Source: Mobula hypostoma
Taxonomy: Eukaryota
Direction: 5' to 3'
Length of the DNA stretch: 64,000 nt
Assembly (NCBI RefSeq): GCF_963921235.1
Contig: NC_086097.1
Span: 224,194,001-224,258,000 of the forward strand
This document shows positions 63,620 to 64,000 of this stretch, piece by piece. A program made the translations under genes and the position numbers. The notes beneath the pieces are model-generated. The model saw nothing but the letters and a program-made list of their open reading frames with translations. It made no database searches and was not told where the DNA came from. Within the stretch, counting starts at the first letter, position 1. Each line of letters begins with the position of its first letter.

Positions 63620-63900
63620 GAATCTATAACTGCTCCTGCTTCCCTTAAGATGTCTATTCCAAGGATCATGCCCTCATTATTTGGACATACCCAGAACTAC
63701 ACCGGAAGCTGCACTCCCCCGATTTCTAGTATTTGTGATTTGTTTCTTTCTGCTTTTACTGTTTTCCCTCCTACACCCCTGATATAACTGGCCTGTCCGA
63801 TTGTTGGTAAGGGCAAGTCTGTTATCGATACCGACGCCCCTGTGTCCACTAACATATTGCATTGCCGTCCCCCTAACAATGCCATTGTGTACATCCGCGA
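63620..63900 (-). pseudogene. pro: retroviral aspartyl protease with one premature stop
   Basis: LVDTGASVS, IRGVGG flap, LPV*FWV..MILGIDIL. Confidence 0.85.
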
Positions 63901-64000
63901 GTCACCAATGCTGGCAGTGGAGCCCGCTGCCACATCTTTTTCTGCCCTAAGAGGCGCCATTACTAGCTCTTTGATCTGATCGACAGTCATACTGGTTGCT

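Larger units (their letters stand above)
60648..64000 (-). mobile_element. endogenous retrovirus (protease, RT-deleted pol, integrase, 3' LTR); continues beyond the window
   Basis: PR LVDTGASVS...ILGIDIL; IN QIVFTGPLP, VDSDQGAHFTG, HVPYHPKSSGMVERMNRTIK, PKWIGPQTVLLT; PPT AAGAGGAGGGAC at 61198-61209. Confidence 0.9.

Overview
Vertebrate genomic DNA, very likely from a cartilaginous fish (ray/shark-type repeat families). I found no supportable host protein-coding exon. The window is dominated by nested, mostly decayed transposable elements: many CR1 and Rex1/Babar-type LINE fragments, tRNA-derived V-SINEs, Penelope-like (GIY-YIG) 3' ends, an RTE-related short element and several solo LTRs. It also holds a Sushi/chromovirus-type Gypsy element (about 32968-43025) carrying CR1 and hAT/Buster insertions, a PNMA-gag Gypsy (54491-60647) carrying a Rex1 insertion, and an endogenous retrovirus (60648 to the window end, minus strand). 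Highlights: (1) the ERV keeps protease and integrase but has an in-frame junction that removes essentially all of RT/RNase H, and it has no env; (2) about 9 dispersed Penelope ends whose consensus forms a minimal type-I hammerhead ribozyme; (3) the Sushi-like element has an 11-nt PBS complementary to its own predicted transcript start (Tf1-type self-priming); (4) short composite non-autonomous elements and deep nesting. Family assignments come from recognised motifs, not database searches. Many boundaries are approximate.
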